DNA of 64,000 bases from Octopus vulgaris (taxonomy: Eukaryota): contig OX597827.1 in assembly GCA_951406725.2 (NCBI GenBank), positions 27,156,001 to 27,220,000 of the forward strand. The letters run 5' to 3'. How positions within the stretch are numbered: the first letter of the stretch is position 1; every line of letters starts with the position of its first letter. The notes beneath the pieces are model-generated. The model saw only the letters and a program-made list of their open reading frames with translations, had not been told where the DNA came from and searched no databases. Positions 1 to 12,757 of this stretch are shown piece after piece. A program made the position numbers and the translations under genes.

Positions 1-278
1 GAGTCAGGTCTCCAGGAATGTTTTTACTCGTTCACCGATTGTTGTCATTCTTGTTTTTTTATTGTTCTTACTTTATTTTATAATTCACCTCCGCCCCCTT
101 CTCTTCCTTCTTCCTTCCTTAACTTCTCTATTTGACGAGCGAACGTGGCCAACTCTTTGTAGTCTTTCCATCTGCTTGTAATAGCAGCCAAATAAATTTC
201 TGTTAAATCCATACACACAATCTGTTATCTTCAACAACAACAAAAAAAGACAACTGCACAATGGATAATGTAATCCTA

Positions 279-373
279 GGTTCCGGGTTCTGTCCCACCT
301 TGGACTACCACTTACAGCCTCGGGTCGACCAAAGCCTTGCGAGTAGATCTCAAGGACGGAAACTGAAAGACGC
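279..373 (+). mobile_element. SINE family A fragment (B-box plus central domain)
   Basis: ggttccgggttc...gcctcgggtcgaccaaagccttg...gacggaaactgaaaga matches the full copies at 36542 and 41608. Confidence 0.75.
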
Positions 374-424
374 CTTTCTCTCTCTTTCTCTCTCTCCCTA
401 TTAAAAAGCAGCAAAAATATCACA

Positions 425-470
425 AAAACTGTTACTCAGAGTTTCACGTTCATGTTCGTCAGACAGTTTT
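425..470 (-). ncRNA. Type I hammerhead ribozyme motif
   Basis: Minus strand: aaaactgt-CTGACGA-ac(atgaac)gt-GAAA-ctc(t)gag-TA-acagtttt; 8-bp stem I, canonical core, GUA cleavage triplet. Confidence 0.85.
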
Positions 471-624
471 GCATAGCATATATATATGTTCATAAGAAAA
501 TTAAAATTTATCTAATATAGTGGTGTTTTCAAACTTCTTTTTTACATATATATATATATATGGAAAAAAAGTCAAGATAGAAAACGCTAAAATAATTTTA
601 TAAAATATATATATATAATTAGCC

Positions 625-800
625 ATAATAGATCGCTAGCCACTACACATTCTTTATTTTCTTTCCTTTGTTTCTTTCTGTGGAAGAGCGTAGGCACGAA
701 ACGTTAAAGACTTTTTCACTTCCCGAGCGTTAAACTAATACATCTGTTTGTTGTCTACACCACCTGTCCTAGTCTTTTGTCTTTTTTGTTGAATTCTCCC
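625..800 (+). mobile_element. HHR-bearing PLE-type tail, GAGC-GTAG-GCTC family (HHR-like motif 673-710)
   Basis: tcttt-CTGTGGA-a-gagcgtaggcac-GAAA-cg-TT-aaaga; homologous to 5081, 22900-23142 and 42185-42510; flanked by (TA)n. Confidence 0.7.
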
Positions 801-837
<37 letters not shown>

Positions 838-919
838 ATACACACACAATGTATAGGGGTTTAGTTCACAGGTGATTAATATATACACTTCTTATATACC
901 CTTCTCATTTTCCCTATTT

Positions 920-975
920 TTCTCTGATGACGGAATATCCCATACTCCGGAATACCCAGAAACAGGCTGTAAGAC
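920..975 (+). ncRNA. Hammerhead ribozyme motif, degenerate stems
   Basis: tct-CTGATGA-cggaatat...aataccca-GAAA-caggctg-TA-agac; same architecture as 31823-31874. Confidence 0.65.
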
Positions 976-1282
976 TTTGAATTTTTTCCAATAATAATAT
1001 TGTATATGACTTGAGATGCTTGCCTTGCCTCAACGTTTGTTGTCCTCTTTAATAATCATATATATACATATATATATGCGCGTGCGCGTGCGTATGTGTG
1101 TGATTGTGTGATGTATGTGTGTGTGTGAGTAGAAAGAAGCACATTCTGACATTGCCTCCGGCCATCTGAGTCTGCTGAGTTGCTTATACAACTAAGCGCT
1201 TTATAAGTGCGAAACCAATGGTCACTCTCTGACTGGCTGTAACAATAGTCTGCTATACATGTGGCTGAGGGGTGCATGCGCG

Positions 1283-1450
1283 AGTCTTCAGTACTTGACA
1301 ACCGGTGTTGGTGTGTTTATTTCGAGGTTTGGTATAATAACCGATAGGATAAATACCAAGCCTAAAAAAAAAGTGGTGGTGGGGAACGAAAATTCTTCAA
1401 GGTGGTGCTGTAGCATGGTCGCAGCCGGAAATAAGTAAAACGTAAAAGAT
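1283..1450 (+). mobile_element. SINE family A 3' half
   Basis: cttgacaaccggtgttggtgtgttta...gtggtgctgtagcatggtcgcag matches the family A tail. Confidence 0.65.
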
Positions 1451-1873
1451 TAAAAATAGAACATTTTAGAAGTCGTTGTAAAAAGAAAGCATGCGATTCC
1501 GAAACGACAAGATGAAGGCTAAAAACAAAATTCTAACCGGGTGAAATATCTGGGTGGATATTGCATATGTTTATTTTAAGGGTATTGTTAGCTTCTGGCG
1601 AAGTATGCTACAGTGAAATATAGAGCAGGGATAATGGGGTGGCTCCATAACAGGTCAATCAGCTCTGCTTTGTTTATTGGCTTTCATTAGAATGTAGGTT
1701 AGTGACACGCTTTTGTGGTGTTCATGCAATTTATTCATTGAATTTAAATGGGGTTAGAGAAAGCGCACTCATACATACATATATTAACATGTATAGACAT
1801 ATCAATTATATTATATAAATATCTACGCGCGCACACACACGTCTATGTATATATAAATACAAGTATATATACA

Positions 1874-1923
<50 letters not shown>

Positions 1924-2105
1924 TACATAGAGGCATGCGTGGCTGTGTGGTAAGCTTGCTTCCCAACGACATAGTTCCAGGTTCAGTTCCACTGCGTGGC
2001 ACTTTGGGCAAATATCTTCTGCTATAGCCTCGAGCTAAAGTCTTGTGAGTGGATTTGATAGACGGAAACTGAAAGAAGCCCGTCTCGTATTAATATATAT
2101 ATATG

Positions 2106-2162
<57 letters not shown>

Positions 2163-2742
2163 ATAGTAATGCAATACGAGAGTATTGCTTTCCAGTAAAG
2201 GATAGCCCGTGAGGGTAAAATTATACATAAAAGTAAATAAATGGTACAACGAAGCACCGATATCTACTGGAAAATAGCGAACGTAATAAATACGACGCTA
2301 ATGTATAGCTTCACTGCGTCTGTACTAGTAAAGATGCGTGTGTGTGCAACAAACATGAAAAATATTGTCTTACCTCTGCGTATGTACTAGTAAAGATACT
2401 TTTATGTATAATTTTACCCTCACGGGCTATCCTTTACTGGAAAGCAATACTCTTTTATTGCATTACTATATATATATAGTCGAGGTTTATGCAGCTGATG
2501 AGGATAAATCAAGTATACGTTTGGCAAGCGTATTTTGAAAAATCCGAAACCGGTACTGCATTATCCGTTTCTAGGTTTTTCATTTTTCAGATGTTCTCCC
2601 TAGAGGTAAGACAATTTTTTTCATGTTTGTTGCACACACGCATCTTTACTAGTACATACGCAGTGAAGCTATACATTAGCGTCGTATTTATTACGTTCGC
2701 TATTTTCCAGTAGATATCGGTCTTCGTTGTACCATTTATTTA

Positions 2743-2749
<7 letters not shown>
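2163..2749. mobile_element. Retrozyme-like/PLE-derived HHR element: inverted partial copy (2163-2378) plus one 344-nt forward unit (2397-2749)
   Basis: 2163-2378 is the reverse complement of 2603-2749 joined to 2398-2470; the forward unit begins and ends in tacttttat. Confidence 0.75.
2489..2561 (+). ncRNA. Type I hammerhead ribozyme
   Basis: atgcag-CTGATGA-ggat...atcc-GAAA-ccgg-TA-ctgcat; 6-bp stem I, palindromic stem III (accggt), GUA site. Confidence 0.9.
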
Positions 2750-2806
<57 letters not shown>

Positions 2807-3219
2807 TGTCTGTATTTGTCCCCCCACCATCGCTTGACAACCGATGTTAATGTGTTTACGTCCCCGTAACTTAGCGGTTCAGCAAAAGAAACATAGAATA
2901 AGTACTAGGCTTACAAAGAATAAACCCTCGGTCGATTCGTTCGACTACAGGTGGTACTCCAGCATGGCCGCAGTCAAATGACTGGAACAAATAAAAGAAT
3001 ATATATATATAGAGAGAGAGAGGGAGAGAGAGAGATTTATATACATGTGGGTGGGTGGGTGCGTTATGGTTTACTGGTTTTTGCCAGAGGTTGAGACCAT
3101 GCTGGGGCATCGATTTTTAGTGTGAATGTATTTCTCTTCTGTACTTCTTTTCTGTATTTCTCAGTGAAATAGCGAGAGAGAAGGACCTGCTCTACTTTGC
3201 GCCTCCTGCTGCAACGTGG

Positions 3220-3268
<49 letters not shown>

Positions 3269-3271
3269 CAA

Positions 3272-3418
3272 TGGTTTCAAATTTTGGCACAAGGCAAGCA
3301 ATTGTAAGGGAGGAAGGAAATCGACCTCGGTGAAATTTGAAAACAAACCGCAAAGATGGACGAAATTCTGCTATGCATTTCGCCCGACGTGCTAACGTTT
3401 CTGCCAGCTCACCGCCCT
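3272..3418 (-). mobile_element. SINE family B, internally deleted
   Basis: Reverse complement of the ggcggtgagctggcagaaacgttagcacg head and the ccttgtgcc tail. Confidence 0.7.
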
Positions 3419-3419
3419 C

Positions 3420-3478
<59 letters not shown>

Positions 3479-3479
<1 letters not shown>

Positions 3480-3967
3480 GGCCAGACATCATATTGAAAG
3501 ACTTCAGACAAATAACATGCCTCCTCATTGATATGACTGTCCCAATCGATATAAACGTATCTGTCAAGACCTACCAAAAACTGAGCAAATATAAAGATCT
3601 TGAAATAGAAATGTGGAAGCTGAAGACTAAAACAATACCTGTTGTCATAGGTGCCCTGGGAATGATGGCGAAAGGGACTGATTGCTACCTAACTCAGATA
3701 CCAGGAAACCCCAAAATGGCAGAAATTCAAAAGATAGTGCTCATGGGAACTGCTCATATCCTACGCAAAATACTCTCTATGTAATCCCAAGGTTTAAAAC
3801 AAACTTTTTTTTATATTAGACATTCACTAGTACAACATCAAAAAAACAAACAAATATATGGCACACTAGGCATAACAACAACGTGAACTTCCAACCTGTT
3901 GTCTCTTGAGGTCTCTGGGTGAGACTTGGAGCCAACTTGTACAGACATAAAGCAAAAGTCAAACATA

Positions 3968-3969
<2 letters not shown>
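3479..3969 (+). mobile_element. R4/Dong-like non-LTR retrotransposon 3' end (RLE domain), inserted in (TAA)n
   Basis: RPDI...LIDMTVP...KLSKYKDL...IPVVIGALG is a PD-(D/E)xK restriction-like endonuclease motif; (TAA)n on both sides. Confidence 0.85.
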
Positions 3970-4016
<47 letters not shown>

Positions 4017-4214
4017 CCTTTCTACTATAGGCACAAGGCCTGAAATTTTGGAGGAAGAGGGACAGTCGATTAGATCTACCCAGTATGCCACTGGTACTTA
4101 ATTTATCGACCCCCGAAAGGATAAAAAGCAATTTGAACTCAGAGCGTAAGGACGGATGAAACACCGCTAAGCGTTTTGCCCGGTCTGCTAACGACTCTGC
4201 CACTCGTCGCCTTA
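4017..4214 (-). mobile_element. SINE family B
   Basis: aaggcgacgagtggcagag head, gagttcaaat B-box, cctttcggggtcgataaattaagtacc central domain, (TTA)n tail. Confidence 0.8.
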
Positions 4215-4215
4215 A

Positions 4216-4246
<31 letters not shown>

Positions 4247-4359
4247 CGTATATTGCCACCAGGGCGAATGGTGAGGGGGACAATACAAAGACAGACATAA
4301 AGTGTTGAGGTTTACATATAATGGAATTATAAAACAATTAAATAAATAATTTTTTAAAA

Positions 4360-4701
4360 TGGGTAAGTGTACACGGTATAGAATGAAACTGACGATGAGA
4401 GTAACCGTTATCCGAATAATTGTAGGGGCACTCGGAGAATTAACAACCAGGTTCGATAAATATGTCGGAGAAATTGGAATTGACATGAGGACAGAGCAGG
4501 CCCCACCAAATGAAAAAAGACTGCTATATTGAGGACAGCTAGGATTTTGAGATTGGTGCTTGGCTGTTGAGTGTCTTCCACAAAAAGTTAGCATCTAGGA
4601 ACCAAAGTTTGATTTGCGGAAAGAGACCATGTGACAACAGGTTGTTGTCCGCTCTCACACAACCAACCAGAGCAAGTAAGACTGTGAGTTCCGAACAGTG
4701 A

Positions 4702-4702
<1 letters not shown>
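4360..4702 (+). mobile_element. Second R4/Dong-like RLE 3' fragment (different family)
   Basis: Manual translation MRVTVIRIIVGALGELTTRFDKYVGEIGI...KTAILRTARILRLVLG* across a frameshift; ends in (TAA)n. Confidence 0.7.
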
Positions 4703-4753
<51 letters not shown>

Positions 4754-4756
4754 TTA

Positions 4757-4844
<88 letters not shown>

Positions 4845-4846
<2 letters not shown>

Positions 4847-4992
4847 TAAAGGATTGAGATAACTCCTCCAGAAGATATAGAGTCAAAATTAAAAGAAGAG
4901 TGCCATTGTCATCTAGTGAACGATATTTCGACAGCTTGTGTGTCTTCAACAGGCTCAAAAACCAATTTTGTCAATCTACTTCATTTTGGCTA

Positions 4993-4995
<3 letters not shown>
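4845..4995 (-). mobile_element. About 150-nt HHR element (HHR 4917-4957)
   Basis: Minus strand: tgagc-CTGTTGA-a-gaca(cacaagc)tgtc-GAAA-ta-TC-gttca. Confidence 0.7.
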
Positions 4996-5069
<74 letters not shown>

Positions 5070-5080
5070 TTATTTATTTA

Positions 5081-5173
5081 TAAGAGCGTAGGCTCGAAAC
5101 GTAAAAGGCTTTTTCTATCCCTGAGCGTTATACTAATACCTGTCTTCGTCTTTTGTTTTTTTCGTAAACTCTC

Positions 5174-5176
<3 letters not shown>
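5081..5176 (+). mobile_element. 5'-truncated GAGC-GTAG-GCTC family tail
   Basis: agagcgtaggctcgaaacgtaaaag...ctaatacctgtcttcgtcttttg within (TA)n. Confidence 0.65.
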
Positions 5177-5236
<60 letters not shown>

Positions 5237-5373
5237 AATAAATTAATTAAATTAGAGATAAAACCACTGTTAGGCAAATCAAACAGTGAAAAACATAAAC
5301 CAAAACATAGAAATAAAAATAATGAATATAATATACAAAATATATAAAATACAAATTTAAAATTTAAATTATT

Positions 5374-5423
<50 letters not shown>

Positions 5424-5424
<1 letters not shown>

Positions 5425-5553
5425 TTTTGACTCCGTACCTTCTGGAGGAGTTACCTCAGTCCTTTAGATATTAACCAAAATGAAGTAGATTGACAAAATT
5501 AATTTTGAACCTTTTGAAGACACACAAGATGTCGAAATATCGTTCACTAGATG
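5424..5553 (+). mobile_element. Circularly permuted copy of the 4845-4995 element (HHR-like 5506-5546)
   Basis: Same two segments in swapped order; tgaac-CTTTTGA-a-gaca..tgtc-GAAA-ta-TC-gttca. Confidence 0.7.
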
Positions 5554-5653
<100 letters not shown>

Positions 5654-6000
5654 TAATAATAATAGTAAATTCTAGATGATTCCGTTACTGTCTAGTTCCA
5701 TTCACGTCTGTTCATTACACCTCATATGAATGTGAATGCTTTGCTATAAAAAATGATGTAAAGGCGGGCTAATTTGGGTGTGGGTGATACAAACCAACTT
5801 AAGGTCGTAGGTTGCTTGGTAGTTCCTACTGATATTTCACAGTCTCTACTGGCTGAGAACTAACTACACTCCATGGTCTGTCATTCTATGATTAACTGTC
5901 GAAAGCGCATTGGACCAATAACAGGAGATTTTCACAAACACAAACGCACACGAACCCACACGCACACACGCACACACACGCACACACACGCACGCACGCA

Positions 6001-6038
<38 letters not shown>

Positions 6039-6356
6039 CACACAAAGAGGCATTAGAAAGAAGTAAACATACGATGCATAAATATATGCCTCCAGGCGCA
6101 GTGAATGTTGGCAAACAGCAATCACAAAGGCACAGAGAGACACAAGACTGATGTTAAGGCGTATTGCTGAAGTTTGCCCGGGTCTAATGTGGACAAGAAA
6201 CGCAATACTAAAACTACTACCACTAATATAAGGTTGTCCCAAAAGTTCGTAAACATGAATGTCTTTATTTTGAGGAATAAGTTTTGTTGTTTTTGTTAGT
6301 GCTTGGCGAGTAAAAATTCAATTTTCGCAAGTGTTTACGAACTTTTGGGACAACCT

Positions 6357-6375
6357 AATAATAATAATAATAATC

Positions 6376-6430
<55 letters not shown>

Positions 6431-6444
6431 TAATAATAATAATG

Positions 6445-6493
<49 letters not shown>

Positions 6494-6570
6494 TAATAAT
6501 AATAATAATGATAATAATAATATTAATAATAATAATAATAATAATAATCATAATAATAATAATAATAATG

Positions 6571-6639
<69 letters not shown>

Positions 6640-6807
6640 TTAATAATAATAATAATAATAATAATCATAATAATAATAATAATAATGATAATAATAATAT
6701 TAATAATAATAATAATAATAATAATCATAATAATAATAATAATAATGATAATAATAATATTAATAATAATAATAATAATAATAATCATAATAATAATAAT
6801 AATAATG

Positions 6808-6846
<39 letters not shown>

Positions 6847-6867
6847 TTAATAATAATAATAATAATG

Positions 6868-6905
<38 letters not shown>

Positions 6906-6927
6906 CATAATAATAATAATAATAATG

Positions 6928-7008
<81 letters not shown>
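6357..7008. repeat. (AAT)n microsatellite, about 650 bp, with 60-bp higher-order repeats
   Basis: The 60-nt blocks starting at 6661 and 6721 are identical; CAT/GAT/ATT interruptions recur periodically. Confidence 0.95.
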
Positions 7009-7063
7009 GTTTTCTGCGTAGCATAATTAAATCTTCCCTTCACTCTATCCTTCTCTCGCTCTC

Positions 7064-8385
7064 GGAGCGAGGTGGCGAGAAAGGTGGCTCTCCTAACTCA
7101 GACATGGTCTGAGCGGAAACTGTCCTTGAAAGGGAGGGCGGAGGTTGCAGAGGTGTTTATCGCCTCTGTAATCACTTACCGCCTGATCGTCGTACCTTGC
7201 CCCGATTCGTGGCTGAACAAACTGGAACGCATGCTCTTTCGCTTTTTGTGGAGGGGCAGCAGACCTCTTGTAAGGCGCTCTATTTGCTGCCAAAAGCCGC
7301 TGAAGGGTGGGTTAGGGATGCCGTGGCTAAAAATGCGCAGCCATGCGCTCAGGCTTAGGCACCTCTGGCTTTACCTGGACGGTGAGCAGGTGTGGTCTCC
7401 GTTCGTCAAGCTGTTATTTCCACAGTTCACATCGTTTAACGAACTGAACCCATGGATTAAGTGTAGACCGAGGTTGGGCATGTGGCATGCAGAGTGCCAT
7501 CAGGCACTCGTGCTTCTCTCCCAGTCGGGCAACGCCGCTGGCGGGGGTACTACCTCGTTCTTCTATAGAGGGTTAGTAGAGTTTAAGTGTGACGACGTCC
7601 TGGGAGAAACCCTGGGCTTCGACGAAAATCAACTGGCCAGCCTGTTCCAAAGAACATTCAGTCCGGGGCCTATGGATAATTACCAAAAGTCCCTGGCAAT
7701 GTTACAGAGAACCTTTACCGGTTCGAGATAAGCTCTTTAGACATGAGTGTGCACCTTCGCCGGTTTGTGCAAGGTATGAGAGGGACAGTGAAACTGTCCT
7801 GCACGCGATTGTGCAATGCCCCAAGGTGACTGAACTCTGGGTTTATGTCGAACTCCTGCTGTCGCATTCGAGAAGAGTACAACTGTCGAGCGAATCTGTA
7901 TTTAAGATAGTTCCGCCGACCTCCCTGGATAGAGAGGAGCGAGCCTGTTTTCTCTTGGTAGTTGCTATGGCGAAAGAAGTTGTGTGGAAGACGAGAGTAA
8001 AAGGAATTGCAACAGGCATGTTTATCTCCAGTCTCGACCTAATCGACTTTTTCGTTTTCCACATGAAACGGAAAATAAGGCTGGAGAAGAAATGTCTGTC
8101 GCAAAGTGTGTCTCGTAAAAGATGGAAGTCTATAGCAAGTATGTTGCGAGTGAAAGAACCTGTTTAATCAGAATGTAAAAGGAGAAAGCAAAGTCTTCAG
8201 TGTGAGTATGTGGTTTGTGGGGTCAACCGCGTCCTCCGCTTCAGTTTTTGTTATTCACTCATTCTCATTTAATTGTATATATTTCAATTGTTTGTTTATT
8301 CATACGTTTCGTCTCATTCGATATCCTGACCCCAACGTTGATTTTGTCCCCTCTTTTTCTCAACCTTATGGTGAATAAAGAAATA
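7064..8385 (+). mobile_element. Tx1/L1-clade LINE, 5'-truncated ORF2 C-terminal part, frameshifted; 3' end abuts (TC)n
   Basis: WSERKLSLKGR...FRFLWRG...KGGLGMP and a degenerate zinc knuckle CARY...ETVLHAIVQC in ORFs 7072-7731 and 7589-8167; aataaag tail. Confidence 0.85.
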
Positions 8386-8749
8386 ATCTCTCTCTCTCTC
8401 TCTCACTCTCTCTCTCCTTATCTTCCTCACTCCTCACACACTCTCTCTCTCTCTTTCTGTGTCTATCTGTCTCTGTCTCGCTCTCTCTCTCTCTCAAGCA
8501 CACAAACATATATGTATGTATGTTTGTGTGTGTGTATGTATGCATGTATTATGTATATGTGCGTGTGATTTTACGTATGTTCCTGTATGTGTGCGTATCT
8601 ATCTATATACATTCGCTTACACACACGTATGCGGCCACACACACACATACATACATATATACTGATATATAATTATATAGATATAATTATAGCAAAGGGT
8701 GTGAATAACCGCACCAACACACACACACACACACACACACACATATGTA

Positions 8750-8818
<69 letters not shown>

Positions 8819-9898
8819 CGTACAAAAATATTTAAAAAAAACACCAAGACAATGCAAAAGCAACGGTGCATTCGGTTCGCTCTGAAGAAAAATGGAAGAA
8901 GTCTATACACACACCTGTGTATATGGGCGTGTGTGAGTGTATACAAATACATACATACAAACACAGTTTCACACTAACTCACACACACATACACACAGGT
9001 ATGTACTAATGACTAAAGGAATGTGTCTGTGTAGAATGGTATACACGGATCCACTTCGAGTTCCGTACCTTTACATCAAAACCCAAACTAATGCTTCCAT
9101 AAATGGAGATGCACCAAGCTAAAAAGTATATTTGTATGATCGACTTAATTAGCCGCGGACATGTTGAGGCACGACTCAACCTCCATGCCGCTGCTTTTCC
9201 GCACTCCAGTGACTTGGACCAATTAAAGAATAAGAAAGAACATACAAACATACGTTCCTTGGAACGTGACAGAAGCAAGACCAAAGCCTGTTTTCAGCAA
9301 CAACCAAATCATTCATTTGTCCTGTTTTATACTATATATAACAAAAGTTGACATTAAACATAAATAAGCAAAGATGTTTTTTAACGGTACACTATGAGAC
9401 GCAAAACACGTGCAGTCATGAACTTTACTCATTGTAGTTTGCGTTACTGTTGTTTGACATCTCTGTTACTGCGACATCCATGTAACATTTAAGAAGGCTA
9501 TTGCTACTGTTGTTGTTGTGGTAGTTGCTATTGTTGTTGTGGTTGCTATTGTTATTGTTTTTGCTGAGGACTGTTAAAGTAGTTGATATTCATTTCTATT
9601 GTTGTTTATTTTAGTTGGATGTCATTCCGCACGACTCCAGTCCATATAATTAAACGCTCTTTATGTTGTTTCCTAAGTCTGTCATAAACGATCTTTGTTG
9701 ATTCTTCCAGTGTATCTGTGGACGGATTTCTTTTCCGTTCATTCCTTTATTTCTTTCGCTCATTGATGTGCGACCATGCTAGAGCAACGCCTTCCGAGGG
9801 TTTCTTTTTTTAGTCGAATACATCGATCCACGGTATTTGTTTTAGTCTGGTGCTTACTCTGTAATTGCCTTTTCGCATACATACATTATATACATATT

Positions 9899-9948
<50 letters not shown>

Positions 9949-9968
9949 GTGCGCGTGTGTGTGTGTGC

Positions 9969-10005
<37 letters not shown>

Positions 10006-10036
10006 CATGTACATATATATATACATATATATATGT

Positions 10037-10094
<58 letters not shown>

Positions 10095-10098
<4 letters not shown>

Positions 10099-10220
10099 TA
10101 GAAAAAAACACCTTTTATCAATTCAAAATGAACAATTAATTTTTTATATATATATATATTATATTTTGTGAAATTTAATTTAGTATTTCTAAATTGAATT
10201 TTTCCCTGTAAGTTAGGAAT
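10095..10220. mobile_element. Two oppositely oriented fragments of the 40260-40640 element tail
   Basis: 10095-10140 is the reverse complement of about 40508-40552; 10163-10220 matches 40556-40625. Confidence 0.65.
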
Positions 10221-10241
10221 AATATTCCCTCAAATAATTAT

Positions 10242-10297
<56 letters not shown>

Positions 10298-10382
10298 ATT
10301 TGCTGCATGCAGAGCACGGTATTCTTTTAAGCAGCTGTCGACAGTTCATGACAAGCTCGGTACTTTCTAGCAGTGTTATTCA

Positions 10383-10433
10383 CACCAGTGATGACGAACA
10401 AGAACGACACCTCCAGGAAACAGTCTGTCTTGT
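10383..10433 (+). ncRNA. Decayed hammerhead-like motif
   Basis: gTGATGA...GAAA-cagtctg-TC-ttgt; C3 mutated and stems I/II weak. Confidence 0.4.
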
Positions 10434-10740
10434 AGACCACATTATACCGCAATATCTTTTTTCTTCTAACTTCCAATCAATTAATCCGTGATACAAAATT
10501 TAGGTAGGGTAGCAACGGCAACCATTGCAACTCTATATCAGCTATGATGTTCTGCTACTAAAATGTTTTCTTGGCTCTCAAACTTGGTCTAAAAGAGCAG
10601 TTGTATCATTGGTCCAATACATCATCTAAAAAACAAAAGCGGTGAAGAACTAAAATGTCACCTGCTTAAAAAAGGTGCGCTACATATACTTCTTGTGCGT
10701 TTGCGTTGCTGTCATTATGCTATCCCTCTTTCTCTCTCAC

Positions 10741-10856
<116 letters not shown>

Positions 10857-10872
10857 TGTATGTATGTATATG

Positions 10873-10907
<35 letters not shown>

Positions 10908-11189
10908 GCATAAAACAATTATACAGTATGTGCATTTCTGTGTATCTATCTGTACATTCATACGTATGTGTGTGTGTGTGTGCATGGGTATGAGTATGTA
11001 TGTAATGTATGATTATGCAGACAAATGGAAGAAAATACGTTATCTTATACCAAAGATATTATTGACAACACAAACACACACACACACCAACACACACGTA
11101 CACACACACCCGTGTATTATTGCAATTTCCTTATTGATGACAAAACCAGAAGGAAATGCAAAAGTAATTATTTAAACGGGTACAGTACT

Positions 11190-11600
<411 letters not shown>

Positions 11601-11701
11601 AATAGAATAATGGAGAAAGCTCACAGAGAAACAAAAGGCCACCATCTATCTATGCATGTATGTAAAAACACATGCTATATATATATATATATTATATCAT
11701 G

Positions 11702-11806
<105 letters not shown>

Positions 11807-11819
11807 ATATATATATATC

Positions 11820-11856
<37 letters not shown>

Positions 11857-12435
11857 GTTGGTATATACATGCACATATATGCAAAAATATACTACGGATA
11901 TAGATATATCGACACATACACACACGTGCGCTCGGATATATCACAGAGATGTTATAGACACATGTATATATATGTGACTATACATCTGTGTGTGTGTGCT
12001 GTGTGTGCTGTGTAGATTGAGCTCCGCAAAAATTTTAATAGATCGCAGTTGTCCTTGTTATTTCAGACGATGACTGTAGTTACAGACACACACACACACT
12101 CGCGCGCGCGCATGCACGCGCATGCATGTGTGTATGTACATATATAAATATGTGTACATACGTGTGTACATACATATATGCCTAGAGTGTGTGTGTGTGT
12201 GTGTGTGTGCGCGTTTGTGTAGGAGCGTACCACTTAAATGTGTGAGGCTAGAGAGAGAGGGAGGTAGGGAGGGAGGGAAGTATGTCTAATATAAATGTTT
12301 ATGTTGTCATTGCAACCTTGATTTCAATATTTGCCCCACCTCCTGGCTCGAAATAGACTTTTCCATATCGCACGACGCGCCACACACATTGCAGACTTCG
12401 TGTAGATATCTACTCTACCAAGTGACACGCATCTA

Positions 12436-12485
<50 letters not shown>

Positions 12486-12677
12486 CATGCACATACACAC
12501 ACACACTCCACTTGTACACACGCAAACACGCACACGTATCCAGAATTCACATGTAGACACAAATATCATCACCAGAAAATCACTCATTTTCTTCGTGCAT
12601 GTTTGAATGCAAAATCTATATTTCTTTCTCTCTGTCTCACTCTCTCACCCTCTCTTACTCTCTCTCTCCCTTTCTGT

Positions 12678-12757
<80 letters not shown>

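Larger units (their letters stand above)
1932..3000 (+). mobile_element. SINE family A (tRNA-like head, CORE-like domain, internal microsatellite, 3' tail), interrupted by an HHR element
   Basis: A-box tggctgtgtgg, B-box ggttcagttcc, actttgggcaa CORE-like motif; head 1932-2090, tail 2803-3000. Confidence 0.8.

Noticed and set aside
6303-7112. 269-aa poly-Asn ORF and overlapping poly-Ile ORFs
   Set aside because: Translations of the (AAT)n array; no domain content. The same applies to the many YI/HT/CV/LS-repeat ORFs across the window.
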